Below, piece by piece: positions 11,568-24,000 of a stretch of 64,000 nucleotides of DNA (position 1 is its first letter; every line of letters starts with the position of its first letter). Location: positions 82,150,001 to 82,214,000 of the forward strand of contig CM052816.1 of NCBI GenBank assembly GCA_028534125.1, given 5' to 3'. Made by a program: the position numbers and the translations under genes. Below the pieces are notes generated by a model that was not told where the DNA came from, searched no databases, and was given only the letters and a program-made list of their open reading frames with translations. Source of the DNA: Lama glama (lineage: Eukaryota).

Positions 11568-12159
11568 GCGCAGAACCTCAGGCCCCCCGTTGTGTTGGAG
11601 GTGTTTCGGTGGCGGAGCTGGCGTGCGTGCGTGCGTGCGTGTGTGTTCTCACACCAGTGCCGCGTGTTTCCGATGCCACAGTTGTGACCTCTTGCCTTTT
11701 TCCTGCGCGCACTACCACATGCACAGGGCAGGCTGGCCGTCAGGTTAGAATGAGATCCACAAGCCAGGACAACGCCGTGCTGAACAGAACTCGCATCTAC
11801 CATTTTTAGTTCATTTTGGCTGCAGTTCACACCTTTGCAAGCCCCCCCCCACCCCCATCTCCGGTTGCAGATTTTCTGGGGAACTGTGTTGAATTTAAGC
11901 CACATTTGGCACATGCACTGTGTCAGCCCAAACACGTTTCCGTGAGTAGAATTATGGGCATGCTGCCCCCAGTGACACATTATATTGGTGACATAAAAAA
12001 TGTGGTGCTTCGTCCCAATTAGTGAAATAAAAAAAAAAAAGTAAACTAGCAGCAGGTTAAAAATACCCAAGACCCTCAAGTTGATGGAAAATTTGGAAGA
12101 AATCATGATAACAACAGCAGCAGCAGGAAAAAAAAAACACCTAACAGTTTTGAGGTGCA

Positions 12160-12330
12160 TCCTGCATGCTTGGCATTGTCTTAGTTGCTCCTCACAACAC
12201 GCTTTTGAAGTTGAAACTACCATTATCATCATTTTATAGGCGAGAACTGCACTAAGAGTAACATCCAACAGGGTCACCTGCCCACTGGGAAGGTTTTGTA
12301 CATACACAGTTGGCCTGGGACTGCCATTGT
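12160..12330 (-). mobile_element. MIR SINE (degenerate)
   Basis: ctcctcacaaca...cattatcatcattttatag...gggtcac. Confidence 0.55.
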
Positions 12331-13695
12331 CATTCAGGAGTAGGACATTTTAAGAGCTCGGTGATAAAGAAGCCCCCTTTCCTCAAAATTTCACATATAA
12401 CTCATCTCCTAATTAAAGTCGAAGCTTTTATGGTCATGGCTCCTTAATTCTGTCCCTAAACTGCTAGGCAAAAAAAAGACATTCTTGTCATAGTTAAGCA
12501 TTGGCAGAGAAGTGAATTCACACTGTGGCAAGGTCAGTTCTGAAGTAATACAAATAAGACGAGGAAAAAAAAATGTAAGATTTTCGACTCTAGACTTTAT
12601 TACAGGATGTTTCAGTAACATCCTGTTGTGTGGCATACATCACGTCCACATAAAGGCATTTGTTTATAAAAAAAAAAGCAACCCCCAAACCCTCACTTTT
12701 GCCTTAAATTACCCAGATAGCAGGGCCAGTACTCTGTTTTCATTTTTGTATTTTGTAATTATTTCACATACTGTTTTGACTTGGATTTAGATAAACATCT
12801 GCATTTCAGCTTAGTTGCCTTTCAAATAAAACCTAAAAGAAGAAAAATTCTTAAAGACAGATTTGGGATATTTTTAGTAAGGCAGAGAAAAGAAAATTGT
12901 TTTGTGATGCTATTTTTAAATAACACTTTTAAAGGTTTCTTAAAGCTCCAGTGGTTAGGACAGTGCTAAAGGCAAAAATGTTGCTTAAGAAAATACTTCA
13001 GAAAATGCTAGAAAAGTTAAAGCCCAGGCCAGGCCCCTCGAGACCAAGGAGAGTGCTCACATGGCAGGATGTCCTTTGAATCTCTTAAGGTTATTTTCTA
13101 AATGAGACTATGAGAACAAAATGAAATTATATTTTCCTTCCAGCTAGCTAAGCCTCAACTCCCTAGATGAAAAAAAATGTTTTCTTTTTGGACAGTGATG
13201 TATTTCTAGTCAGTCTGTTCCCAAAACAAATACACCAGAAACCTCACTTCACACACAGAGTGAAATGAAAGATAGGAACAGAGGTCGTTCAAACGGTTTA
13301 GTGTCTCGCTAGCTGCTATTTTGCAGGTAACCCTCACCTGGTGGAATAGGTTGATTCTGGTCTTATCTATTACTTCTAAAGCTGTGCTTTATGAAACCGA
13401 ATTCCGTCTTGTCCCTCACTTGCATAACACTTAGGTATTTCATTGAGAGCAATACTGATTCTCAGTGATGAAATTGCAGTAGAGAGAGTTAGTTAACTAC
13501 GTAGCTTCCATTTCTCATCTTTCTCCCTGATAGAATCCTAGTTTTGTCNNNNNNNNNNNNNNNNNNNNNNNNNNNNNNNNNNNNNNNNNNNNNNNNNNNN
13601 NNNNNNNNNNNNNNNNNNNNNNNNNNNNNNNNNNNNNNNNNNNNNNNNNNNNNNNNNNNNNNNNNNNNNNNNNNNNNNNNNNNNNNNNNNNNNNN

Positions 13696-14110
13696 AGAAT
13701 AGATCTTTAGTCTAAAAAGCCAGTTGGCACATGAGACTTCCCAGAAAGTAATAATATCTTAAGAGTGGTCATATGTCCTGGACTGGCCCAGTCTGACTGA
13801 AGGACACTACCCTTAATCCTTGATTGTGAGAGACGTTTATCTCTCTCTTCTGCTAGACAAGAATAAGGAAGAATGTAGGCCCATCTCAAAGTTGGAGGGA
13901 AACCATTGGTTGAATGACATTGATGCTGCAGGTGGCAGGAGGGATAAATAGAAAGATGCTGAGTTTTTGATCATACCTCTCATCCATGGATCATTTTGAG
14001 CCTGCTTTTCTATGAACTGTCTCTTAGGTAAAATGTAATTTTATTTATTTCTTAATCCAGTTTGAAATGGGATTTTTCTCTTACTCATAGCCCAAAACAT
14101 CATAATATAC
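13696..14110 (+). mobile_element. MLT1 (MaLR) LTR, H/I-like
   Basis: 3' end ttaatccagtttgaaatgggatttttctcttactcatagcccaaaacatc..ataca. Confidence 0.65.
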
Positions 14111-15961
14111 AGGCTGAAAATACTTGGTGAGAAAGAATAAGAAATAATCAGATCTTTAAGATGCTGAACATGAATTACTGTAGCTTACTTTTCTGATCGC
14201 CTTTCCTCTGTTAATAGGCTTACTTATTGGCTTCCCCTTTACCCCTGCTAGCTTAATCACTCCTGAAAATCCTTTAATTCCCTGCTTATCATTCTAAAAT
14301 TGAGGATGTGAAGTGTGGGAGAGACTGCCCCTGCACAGTTTAGATGACTTGTGTTAACGCAAGGTTGAAAGTGTCAAGCAAAGGAATGGTGCAGAGTCAG
14401 AAAAGCAATGTTGGGAATCACTTTCCTAACTTTTCTGAACCCCTAGTTCTACTCCCTTTCCTCGGAAGTTGTAATTTCCCATAGTGGTGAGGTGTAATAG
14501 ATAAATTTGCCAGAATGTACCATAGTACCTTTTCTATTCTAGGAAATCCACTTATGTAAAACTAACTTCGATTGATTAGTAGGTTTAAAATTCTCCTTGT
14601 ACCTTTGGCCTTGGGCTGATGGATATCACATTGAATAGGGAGGTATAAAGAACATTATCCAAACCTCTCCTACTTCATCTCAGACCTCAGAAAACATTTG
14701 GCGTGCTCAGACAGAGCTGGGCTGAACTGCACCTTTCATTGCCAAATAATATTCATGGAGATCCTATTCCATGCATTGACTGCCACTTAAGGAATGAAAC
14801 AAGAATACATAATCAGCTGAATTTAATTCAATCTATTTTGTGCAGTCATGTTCAAGGTTACAACAAGGTACGTGGAATCTGGTATTAGACTTCCTGTGGA
14901 ACCTCAAGAAACATTTCCAGGGTAGGAATTTAGGGGGGAATGATTTTGCTCATAAAAGTAGTACGTAAGAGTGTTCCATAGATTGTTTCATAGATTCCAT
15001 TTGATGTACTACTGTGGGTGGATAATAAACCAAAAGATAACCAAGGTTTATCATACTAGCCTACACCAAAGAGAGAAAATGTACAGCCTCAGTTTTCACC
15101 CTGAACACATAAATAAAAACTCTTAACAATTCTGTGCCTTGGGATAGAGTGACCAAAGAAATTGCAACTTTTACATAAGAAAACATCCCAAATCAAAAAT
15201 TCAGGTATTGTCTTAGGAGACCCATCAGTTACGTGGTCTGTAACCCTGTTTTCAGACATTTGGCCAAAGGCACCAAGGTCATCTTGGGGATGTCACTCTT
15301 CTGGTAGGTGCATCCCCTTGGCCTGGACAGTCTAGGAGGCTGGCACTGACCTTTCTTGCTTCTTAAGTGTATTCCTACAATATGTCCAAAGGAAATCAGA
15401 TTACGAGAAAAGAAAACTAACATTTAGCATGAATGATATAAAAGCACATAACTGTAGTCCAGAAGTTTATAATGAATACTCTCCATTTCTTCTTTCAACA
15501 GACATCTGAGGTGTTTTGCCATTTGTCAAAAACAGTGCTAGGCCTTGTTCTCGTGATGCTTACAGTGAGATAGATGAGACCTAGGCAGTCATGTAGAGAC
15601 TTTTGAAATAATGTGTTTACAGTTGCACTGAGGCTAAGTAAAGGCTCTTATAGGATAGTGCAGTGAGAAATCTAAGCAGGGCAGGGCGGGTGAGTGGAGG
15701 TCAGGGGAAGTGTCCTGGAGAAACAGATTCTTGTCCTTTTCCCAGAAAATTCAATGAGATTTGGTCAGTGAGGAGTGAGGACACTGTAGGTGAGCAACCA
15801 GGATAGCTGTTTATTGGTACTGAGCTTGAATACATTCAACTCTAGGCTTAGCGATGGTAGATCCTAACCAATTTCATGACTGAAACACAGTCCTCACAGA
15901 ATATCTATCTACTCATTGAATAAGTTTCTAAAATGGCAGTTTTTAACAGTCGTATTTAATA

Positions 15962-16386
15962 TGGGTTTACCTCTTTGTATTGCACCTCGCTTGATTGCAC
16001 TTCCCAGATACTGTGTTTCTGCAGTTGGAAGGTTTGTAGCAACCGTGCATCAGGCAAGTCTATCAGTGTATCAGTGCTGTTTTTCCAACATCATTTGCTC
16101 ACTTTGTGTCTTTGTCACACTTTGGTAATTCCTGCAATATTTCAAACCTTTTGCCAGCAAAAAGATTACAACTTGTNNNNNNNNNNNNNNNNNNNNNNNN
16201 NNNNNNNNNNNNNNNNNNNNNNNNNNNNNNNNNNNNNNNNNNNNNNNNNNNNNNNNNNNNNNNNNNNNNNNNNNNNNNNNNNNNNNNNNNNNNNNNNNNN
16301 NNNNNNNNNNNNNNNNNNNNNNNNNNNNNNNNNNNNNCTTCTTTGCAGTGGTCTGGAACCAAACCACCCAATCTGAGGTATACCTG
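15962..16386 (+). mobile_element. Tigger1 internal-deletion derivative (Tigger1a_Art-like)
   Basis: Tigger1 5' end (gaaggtttgtagcaacc...aagtctatc...ttttccaaca) joined to ccagcaaaaagattac and the 3' end gtggtctggaacc...gaggtatacctg; TA flanks; spans an N-gap. Confidence 0.85.
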
Positions 16387-17694
16387 TATTAAATACATAT
16401 TGTAACCAACTTGATGTCAATGCATGGTGTTATCCATGGCACCCAACACAATGCCTTGCATGTAAGTATTATTAAATTGAATTGAATTGAATTGAAATGC
16501 CATTGCCTGATCTTAAATTTCAGCGGGTCTTCTTTTGTAAAATGATTTCATGTAGAAAAGTATTTCTCCTTTATGTTGTACAACAAACTCATTGAGGGAA
16601 TTGTAGAGATTAGAGAAAGAAACAACATGGAAATAATATTCTAAGTAATAAGCTGGTAGTGGAGAGGGTTGTGGTGGTTCTTTCTAAGCTGGGGCAGGAA
16701 GTCAAAAAGCAAATCTGAACACGAATAGAGACCGTGTAAATCATAACGTAACCTGACACTAAAGGCTAATTTCCATGTTCATGTGAAGTGTAAGTATGGG
16801 GAGAAGACAAAACAGAATCAACTCCAAATGCCCTGTTCACTTTACACAAAGCTGGCACTGTGGCCTGTTACTAATAGAGCGTGCTTTCCTTCACTTTGCT
16901 GTCTTCCTTCACTTTGTTTCCAAGTTCTGGCTTCATGCTTAGGAAGTCTGTTACTATCCCAAGATTTTACATATATATTTATCTAAGTGTCAGTAATGTT
17001 ACAGTTTTGTTTTTGTACTCAATTTTTAGTTCGTATGGGGTTTATCTTGCTTAGAATATGAGGAAAGAATCTAATCGTTTCCCCCAAAGTGCTAGTATAT
17101 GTTGTCCTGTCACCCAGTGTCTCTCCAGCACTGGGCACAGGAGGATCCCAATAAACATTATAGAATGAATAAATTAATAAGTGATGAGTCTGAACTTTCC
17201 AGAAACTCTTGCCAGGTTCCCCTTGGGATCAACAGTACATGATTGTAAGACTGACTCAGATTAAAGTGAAAAGCCAGGCCTAAAGCTCAAAGGCTTTTGT
17301 GAGGCTANNNNNNNNNNNNNNNNNNNNNNNNNNNNNNNNNNNNNNNNNNNNNNNNNNNNNNNNNNNNNNNNNNNNNNNNNNNNNNNNNNNNNNNNNNNNN
17401 NNNNNNNNNNNNNNNNNNNNNNNNNNNNNNNNNNNNNNNNNNNNNNNTATAACTTGTTATGGGAATATACTGATAAATTCATTGAGGCACGGGAAGGAAA
17501 GATGTTTCTTATTTTCTAATTATATTTTTGAGTCCTGAGAAATATGTACATGTTACATATGTTGCATATATAGCTATGACTATTCCTACACCTTTGACAT
17601 TATTTTTGGATTTGAGATACACACATTTGAATCTGTCTATCCATCTATCTGGCTATATACACATATATGCATATTAAGCATAAAAGACACAAGA

Positions 17695-17935
17695 ATTTAA
17701 TATTTAAGAGTATGGGCTATCAGGAGTGCCAGGATTTAATTTAAGCTCTGACAGGTACTAGCTGTGTGACCTTGGACAAGTTGCTTAACTGCTCTGTCTG
17801 CCAGTTTTGTCTTTAAAATTGGAAGATTATCAGTATTTACTTCAGAACATTGATGTGAAGATTAAATTCATGTAAGACACTTAGAATAGTGCCTGAAATA
17901 TTGTAAGTGCTCTCTAAGTATTAGCTTTTATTGTT
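17695..17935 (+). mobile_element. MIR SINE
   Basis: Core tactagctgtgtgaccttggacaagttgcttaac...gtgaagattaaa...cacttagaatagtgcctg. Confidence 0.85.
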
Positions 17936-20769
17936 ATCCTACTCAGTTTTCCCAGTAATCTTTCTTATTTTCGCTCATGTAACAGATTCAAAATATCTTA
18001 AAAAGAACATTTAGGATTACTTGACTGAGAGGTCAAAAGAAGTCACACTTAGCAAAAAAAGCAATTGCTTTATTTATCATAGAAACTATATAATAACACA
18101 CATGGATACTAAAACTGTAAAAAAAATTCATAAGGAGCAATGTTTAGTTTAGGATTGAATTCTGAAAAATAAAATACATAGATTGAAAGTGTTAAGCTCA
18201 GAGGTACATCTTGTTTCCAAACACAAATTAAGAATTAAAAAATCAAAATGACAGACTTCTGCTAATCTGCTTAAGAAGGCATAAATTGTTAATCAGGCTC
18301 CAGGCAACCTTGTTTAATACCAAGTTTAATAAAAATCTGCCTGGAGGAAGAAGAGGTCTGGTGGCGGATTTTGAAAGTTGGGCAGCTCTATTTACACGCT
18401 TAGTCCCTCTAGCTCTCAGGACACCATTGATAGGGTTTCCTTTGAAACTGGCTCCTTTTAAAGGAGTCAGAATTATTAAAAACTACGGCACAGGATAGAA
18501 AAGTTATATTTTTTTCACTAGTGGGAATAAACTTGAAAAGGAAATAAATTGGAGAAATATTTATTTAAGAGATTCTTTTGCAGCTTCTTTGAGAAGAATT
18601 TCAGACAATAAGCATTTATTGAGCCCTCACTATATGCTTACATTTGCTAGTGATGCCTTCATCTTAAAAATGTGATCTTGAGATGGAAGAAGTGGTATTT
18701 TAAAACCATTTTCTCCTTTCTCCCCAGCCTAGATTTATTCATTCCACAAGGCATCTTATATTTGTATCATGTGGGCTTTTACTGTGCAGGGAATCAAGAA
18801 AATTTCCAATTGGCATTGTTTTTAGGAGCACTTGTCAATCAGGTGAAAACTAAATTGGAGAGCATTTGACAAGCGCAGCATCTTCTGAGCAGTCAGAGAC
18901 TCGTGGCTGCTTCTCTGGGTGGCTGAGTTTAACACGCAGCCCCAAATACACTCCTTGCTTTAAAGTCTTTCTTAATATCATCTTGAATATTATTGCTTGT
19001 TTCTTAATTACAAAGCAGGGCAGGTTTGGCTCTTGTTTTCTATGATTGGTTCCTCTAAACAGCCATGATTGTCATATGGAGAAAAAAAAATTAGGCATTT
19101 AAAAATGTTTTAAGTTAGTGACAAATTGGGAAGCAAATGTATGTTCTTTTAATGTTAAGAACATCCAGGGTGCAAAGCAAACTTCTTGTTCTTTGGTGCC
19201 CAATTCACCCAGCATAGGGTTTCAATGATTTCTTCCCTTTCCGTCCACTATGTAAAAATTTTTCATTACATCACATTAAATTCAGTTGCTTGAGGGCATT
19301 TTACTCTTATGTAGCTTTCAACTTTATATTTTAAATAAAGTAATTCTGTTTGGTGAGAAAGTGGTTATTCACATGATCACTAGACATCATGCAGTGTCTT
19401 TTCCTCTGTTGGGGTCATTTTTTTACTTAACTGCATTTTTTTTTCAGAATACACATTTAAATTCAAAAGCCAAGTTTGTAAGAAAAATAAACCACGGTAC
19501 TATTTGGAAAGATATTTTGTAACGTGACATCTTAGAATTAAAAGCAAATTTGAGGAAGTTTTGTGGACAAAATTTTAAAATGTGGGACCTGTATTTGGCA
19601 TGCCTGTGCTTATTTCAAAGGCAGTTTACCTGCAGGTCAATATAACTTTCCCTAAATGCAAAATTTATAGCAGAGCTGGTACTTTCCGGATCTGGAGGTT
19701 TGGGACCACCTCCTCTTGATGACACTAACCAGTAAGTGACCCCTTTATTCTGCTGGCTTAATTAGGACCTGCCCCAAACATCTCTTTTTTGATAAAAAGG
19801 GCAGATATGAATCAGAAAGTGGAACTGTGGAACTGATATTTATCACAAAGCCTCCCTCATACAATTAATTTTTTTTTATGAAACACTGACAAAATCCCAA
19901 CTAGATACTTTTAAACAAGTAGTTTAATATGAGAATAATTGCTGGGAAATACAGTAGTTCTATTTGATTCAAATTCGGATCAGCAGTAATCCACCAGTCT
20001 TGGTGAGTTTTATCATTTTGCGATGGTGATTACTTAGTCTCACCACACCGTTTTGATCTGGGTTAAATTAGAACCTGTTGCTAAGAAGAGCTTAGAATAT
20101 TTTACTTGAGTGTGAAATTGAGCATTTTCAAACATTTTATAAAAGGGATGATAGTAGATTAATAAAGCTCTCTTTTTTTAATCCTGCAAAGGAAGGTTAA
20201 CCTTTGCAGATAAAAATATAAGCTCATTTTCATGACTGAAATCTATACTGTGAGCTAGAAAGCAATTGCTTTTTGGTGTAACAATGCATACCTTAACGTA
20301 CAAATCAGCACCTTAGAAAGTTTGTGTTTGCCCGCAGTTATATAAAGTTAACTTTTAGGGAAAAAACTTTTATACCCTTTTTATAATGTATATATTTAAA
20401 TTGAGCTGGGTTAAAAAAATAAGATATAATTTTAAAACTTCTTATTTTTCACTGAATAATCCACTGTGTAATCAAGTAGGTGAATTCATTGCTGCTGACA
20501 CATTCCAGCCATAAGCTTGGAAAAGCACACTTTTGGAGGATCTATTCATATAGTCAAACGTTGCATTAGTATTCCAAATATTATTATTAATCTCTATAAA
20601 GTTTAATTAAGGGATCCAAGGATACCTCTCGATTGAATGACTTTAGTTTATCTTTTTGGCCGTCTGTTTGGTTTCTCATTGTAATTCCCCTTTAATTTTT
20701 TTATTTATCCAAACAAGAAAAAGAACTAAGTCGATCATTTTTCAACATTATGTTATTCATTATCTAACC

Positions 20770-21098
20770 CAGTGATCCTCAGACTTTTGGATTTCATGGA
20801 ACATTAACGGTTTTTTTTTTTTTTGAGTGGGGAGGGTTGACATTGGGTTGCTTGCCAGATTTAATTTTGCTAAGGGGAAAAAACAACATAATTTATCCAT
20901 ATACTTTCATGAAAACAGTTGACATTTTAACTCCAAAGAAGTGGGAAGGTCACTGTGAGTCCTTTAAACTGAATAAATTAAACTATGAAAAACACAATAG
21001 GTTGTGTTTTTCATTTTTCATATCTGATCACTGACCAATAAACTTTTTTCTTTTTTAAAGATGGACACCTGATTTTGGATAGCCTGGGGAATCATTGC
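20770..21098. mobile_element. hAT-Charlie-type non-autonomous element (family uncertain)
   Basis: Termini cagtgatcctcagactttt ... ggggaatcattg, with tctaa/tttag flanks. Confidence 0.45.
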
Positions 21099-24000
21099 TT
21101 TAGATAAAGTTCACTCAAAACTATGGTTAAATCATTACAAATAAAACAAAAACCTAAATGTTATCATTTGTCCCCCAACTAGTGGTCAGAATTTTGAAGG
21201 AAAATTTTGATTGTTTTTTTGCAATAGGAGCTTTAGGGTACGAACACACATAAAATTCCTAAAGAAGTCCAAATCCTTAGTTTCCATGTCTGCTCCTTCT
21301 TAGCGTATTTATAAATAACAGTATTGTAAATTTAAATTTCCTCTTTCAATTTTTAATGCCAGAATTTTTAATGCCAGAATGCTAGAAGTCAAATTACAGA
21401 AGAGATAGATAGAGATAAAGAACAAGATGAATTTAGTTTATCCATGTTACTTCATCTCTCTGGTCATCAGGTATCTCAAATGTAAATGATGGGTGTTAGA
21501 TAAAGTCATTTCTAAGCTTTTTTCTATGTCTGACACTCTCTGATAATATTTCTAATTGTCAAACTGTCCATGAAGGCTGTGACTTTTTGAATGGGGGTAA
21601 TAGAAAGAAGAGAGTTTAATGAAAATGGTTCATCAGTGTCAACCACATATAATATTACTGTATAGTTGAGAGGATGTCTTTCTTCTTTTCTCCTTCCTGC
21701 TTTCCCTCCTTCCCCACCTCCCACCTGCCTTTTCTTGTGAAATTTTACTGGTAAAGAAACCACTCAGAACAAATATTGAACTGTGATGGTAATGAAATAA
21801 TAAAACTGTAATCATAAAAGAAGAAAGTAATTATTTTTACCCATCAAATAAGGTGGGAAATAAATACAGTCTTACTTCAACTCTACCTGCAGTCCCCAAA
21901 AGCTATGTATCTAGCCAGTTTGTCAATGCCCTAAGAAAGGAGTGATGCTGTCATGGGTGCTGTGAGGTTGGGATGCCCTCTGTCAATGAAATAGTTGTCA
22001 TTTTTAGCTACCTTCCTTAAGTGCCCCTCCAACTTGAGGCTCGCTCTTTGAAGGCAGAAGATGATTTATTATCTTATAAAAAGTACCATTATTATGCTCA
22101 GAAAAAGGGCCCACACAATCCTTTTTACTAAATTATAAACTCTAATGCATGCTTCCAAGTGGTTTTTCAGAAATGAATAACCTACAAACATTTTTCTCAG
22201 CCTTAAAAATCTTCATTGCTCTGGGCAAAATAATCAGATCATTCCCATGGCCTCTGCTGCTCTGTATTTCTGAGAGTCACACTTTTACTTCTAAGATATC
22301 ACAAGTGTTTGTTAACAGCACATTCATTAAGTGCTTGGCTCAAACAGAAATTTCCTAGAAATTCAAACTAAAAAGGGCTGAATAAAGAGGATACAAGTAT
22401 AACATCTTCCTTTTGACTTGCTCTGTAATTTATTAACATACAGAATGCACATAAAATACTTATAACAGTGTGTGACATAGAAAAGCTCAGGAAAGGTTTA
22501 TTATTATTTATTTTGTAATTATCATCCTTGTTATTTGGATGTATAAAAATTCTGAGCCTACTGGTTAGTTTTTTTTTTAAATTTGTGTGTATGTATGTGT
22601 AGATATATATATTCAGCCAAATTTTAAATTCAGACACATTTTAAAATATATTTGCCATGTTTGTTCCCAGGCATGTATGGGGTGGAGGTGTGCTGTCTTG
22701 CTAGTTCAGTCTTTTTTCGTGCTATACTGTGTGCAGAATCCAAATGGATGACTTACATTTGGTCTTTATCACTTTCATATACTTCGAGTTGTAGGTGTCA
22801 GAAGGACACACAGTATAACTATTTAGCTTGCAGGAGACAATAAAGATAATAAAAGGAAAAGAGTCGATATTCTTCAAAGCACTAAGAAAATCTCTTTCTT
22901 TGATTCTCCTGAGATTTCAGACCACTTTTTAAAAAACATACTTTTCTGGTTATTTTATGATCCATGTAGGATCATTTCCTTTATATGATGATTTTTTTTT
23001 AAAGGATAACTTTCAAATTTGCATTCCATGGTAGAGAAGCATAGTGTTTATACACATGTTAATGACATAATCATGTTTATAAAGTTGTACTTAATAGTAG
23101 CAGTATTTATAAGGTGGAAAATGTATCCTGTGTAAAAATGGCAATTTTGATTCTATTTCTGTTCTTATGTTTTCCTTTTATGTAAAAATTCACCTCCTCA
23201 TCTCTTGTCATTTTACTCACTTGAGACATCTTCTCAATTTAGTTTTTTCTTGCTGTTTTCCATTCTTATAACTTATTAGGTCTCCTGAACATCTTTTGGG
23301 CATATCTACCAAATTAGGGAATTATAGAAAGAGAAAAACACAGTGCTCTTTCAAATGATGAAAAATGAAGATAAATCATACCCTGTGAGCTTTCTAGTCC
23401 TCGTTTTCTTCCTAAGTTGTTCTCCTCCAAAAGATAGCACTGCATATGATAGGAAAAGCTTGGGACCCATGCTGCCCATTTATACTGCACATCAAATGTA
23501 ACAACATTCTGGCTTTAATTAAACTCTTCCTCTTACAAATCTCAGCAAGGTGATCTGATTAATAGATGAAATGAGCACCCAACAGTGTTAATGTAAAGAT
23601 ATTAGACAGATGAAACAAAGTAAAATAATCTCTAATAATCTGTAGGGATGGGGAGACATAGACCCCTGTACATATGCGTCTACTCTACATTTATGCATGT
23701 GTGCTCATAGCATTCATTCTTCAGTTAGTTTCTTTGTTGGAAGAGTTAAAAATTTCCTGGAGAGTTGAGTCTTGAACAGCTAGAATACAGGCTGTATCTG
23801 GTCTCCTCTGACCCAATCATTTTGGCTTAAAGAGCCTTACCACATTTACTTCTGTAGTAAATGAAGGTGCACCACCTTTTTGAAGGGTTATGTATACTTT
23901 TCCCCTCTTAACTTATCTCCCTTCTTTTTGAGTGATGGGGTTACAAAAACTGTATACATTTGGCTCCATACCTGAATTAGGGAGAACCTGGTTTCTCATA

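Larger units (their letters stand above)
10750..11790 (+). promoter_or_regulatory. CpG-island promoter of an unidentified transcript, with a + strand first exon ending at 11184
   Basis: Very high GC and CpG content; perfect donor CAG|GTGAGT at 11184/11185; E-box CACGTG 11071-11076; YY1 and CTCF motifs; (GCGT)n 11620-11640; upstream G-tract array. Confidence 0.75.

Noticed and set aside
10584-11809. Cluster of overlapping 60-198 aa ORFs in the CpG island
   Set aside because: Expected stop-codon depletion in GC-rich DNA; Arg/Gly/Ala/Pro-rich on both strands with no homology I recognise.
11462-12307. 281-aa minus-strand ORF (longest in the track)
   Set aside because: Runs through a MIR, A/T homopolymers and the CpG-island edge; low-complexity, Cys/Phe-rich translation with no recognisable domain.
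21347-21380. 15-bp tandem duplication AATTTTTAATGCCAG x2
   Set aside because: Ordinary slippage duplication with no array structure.
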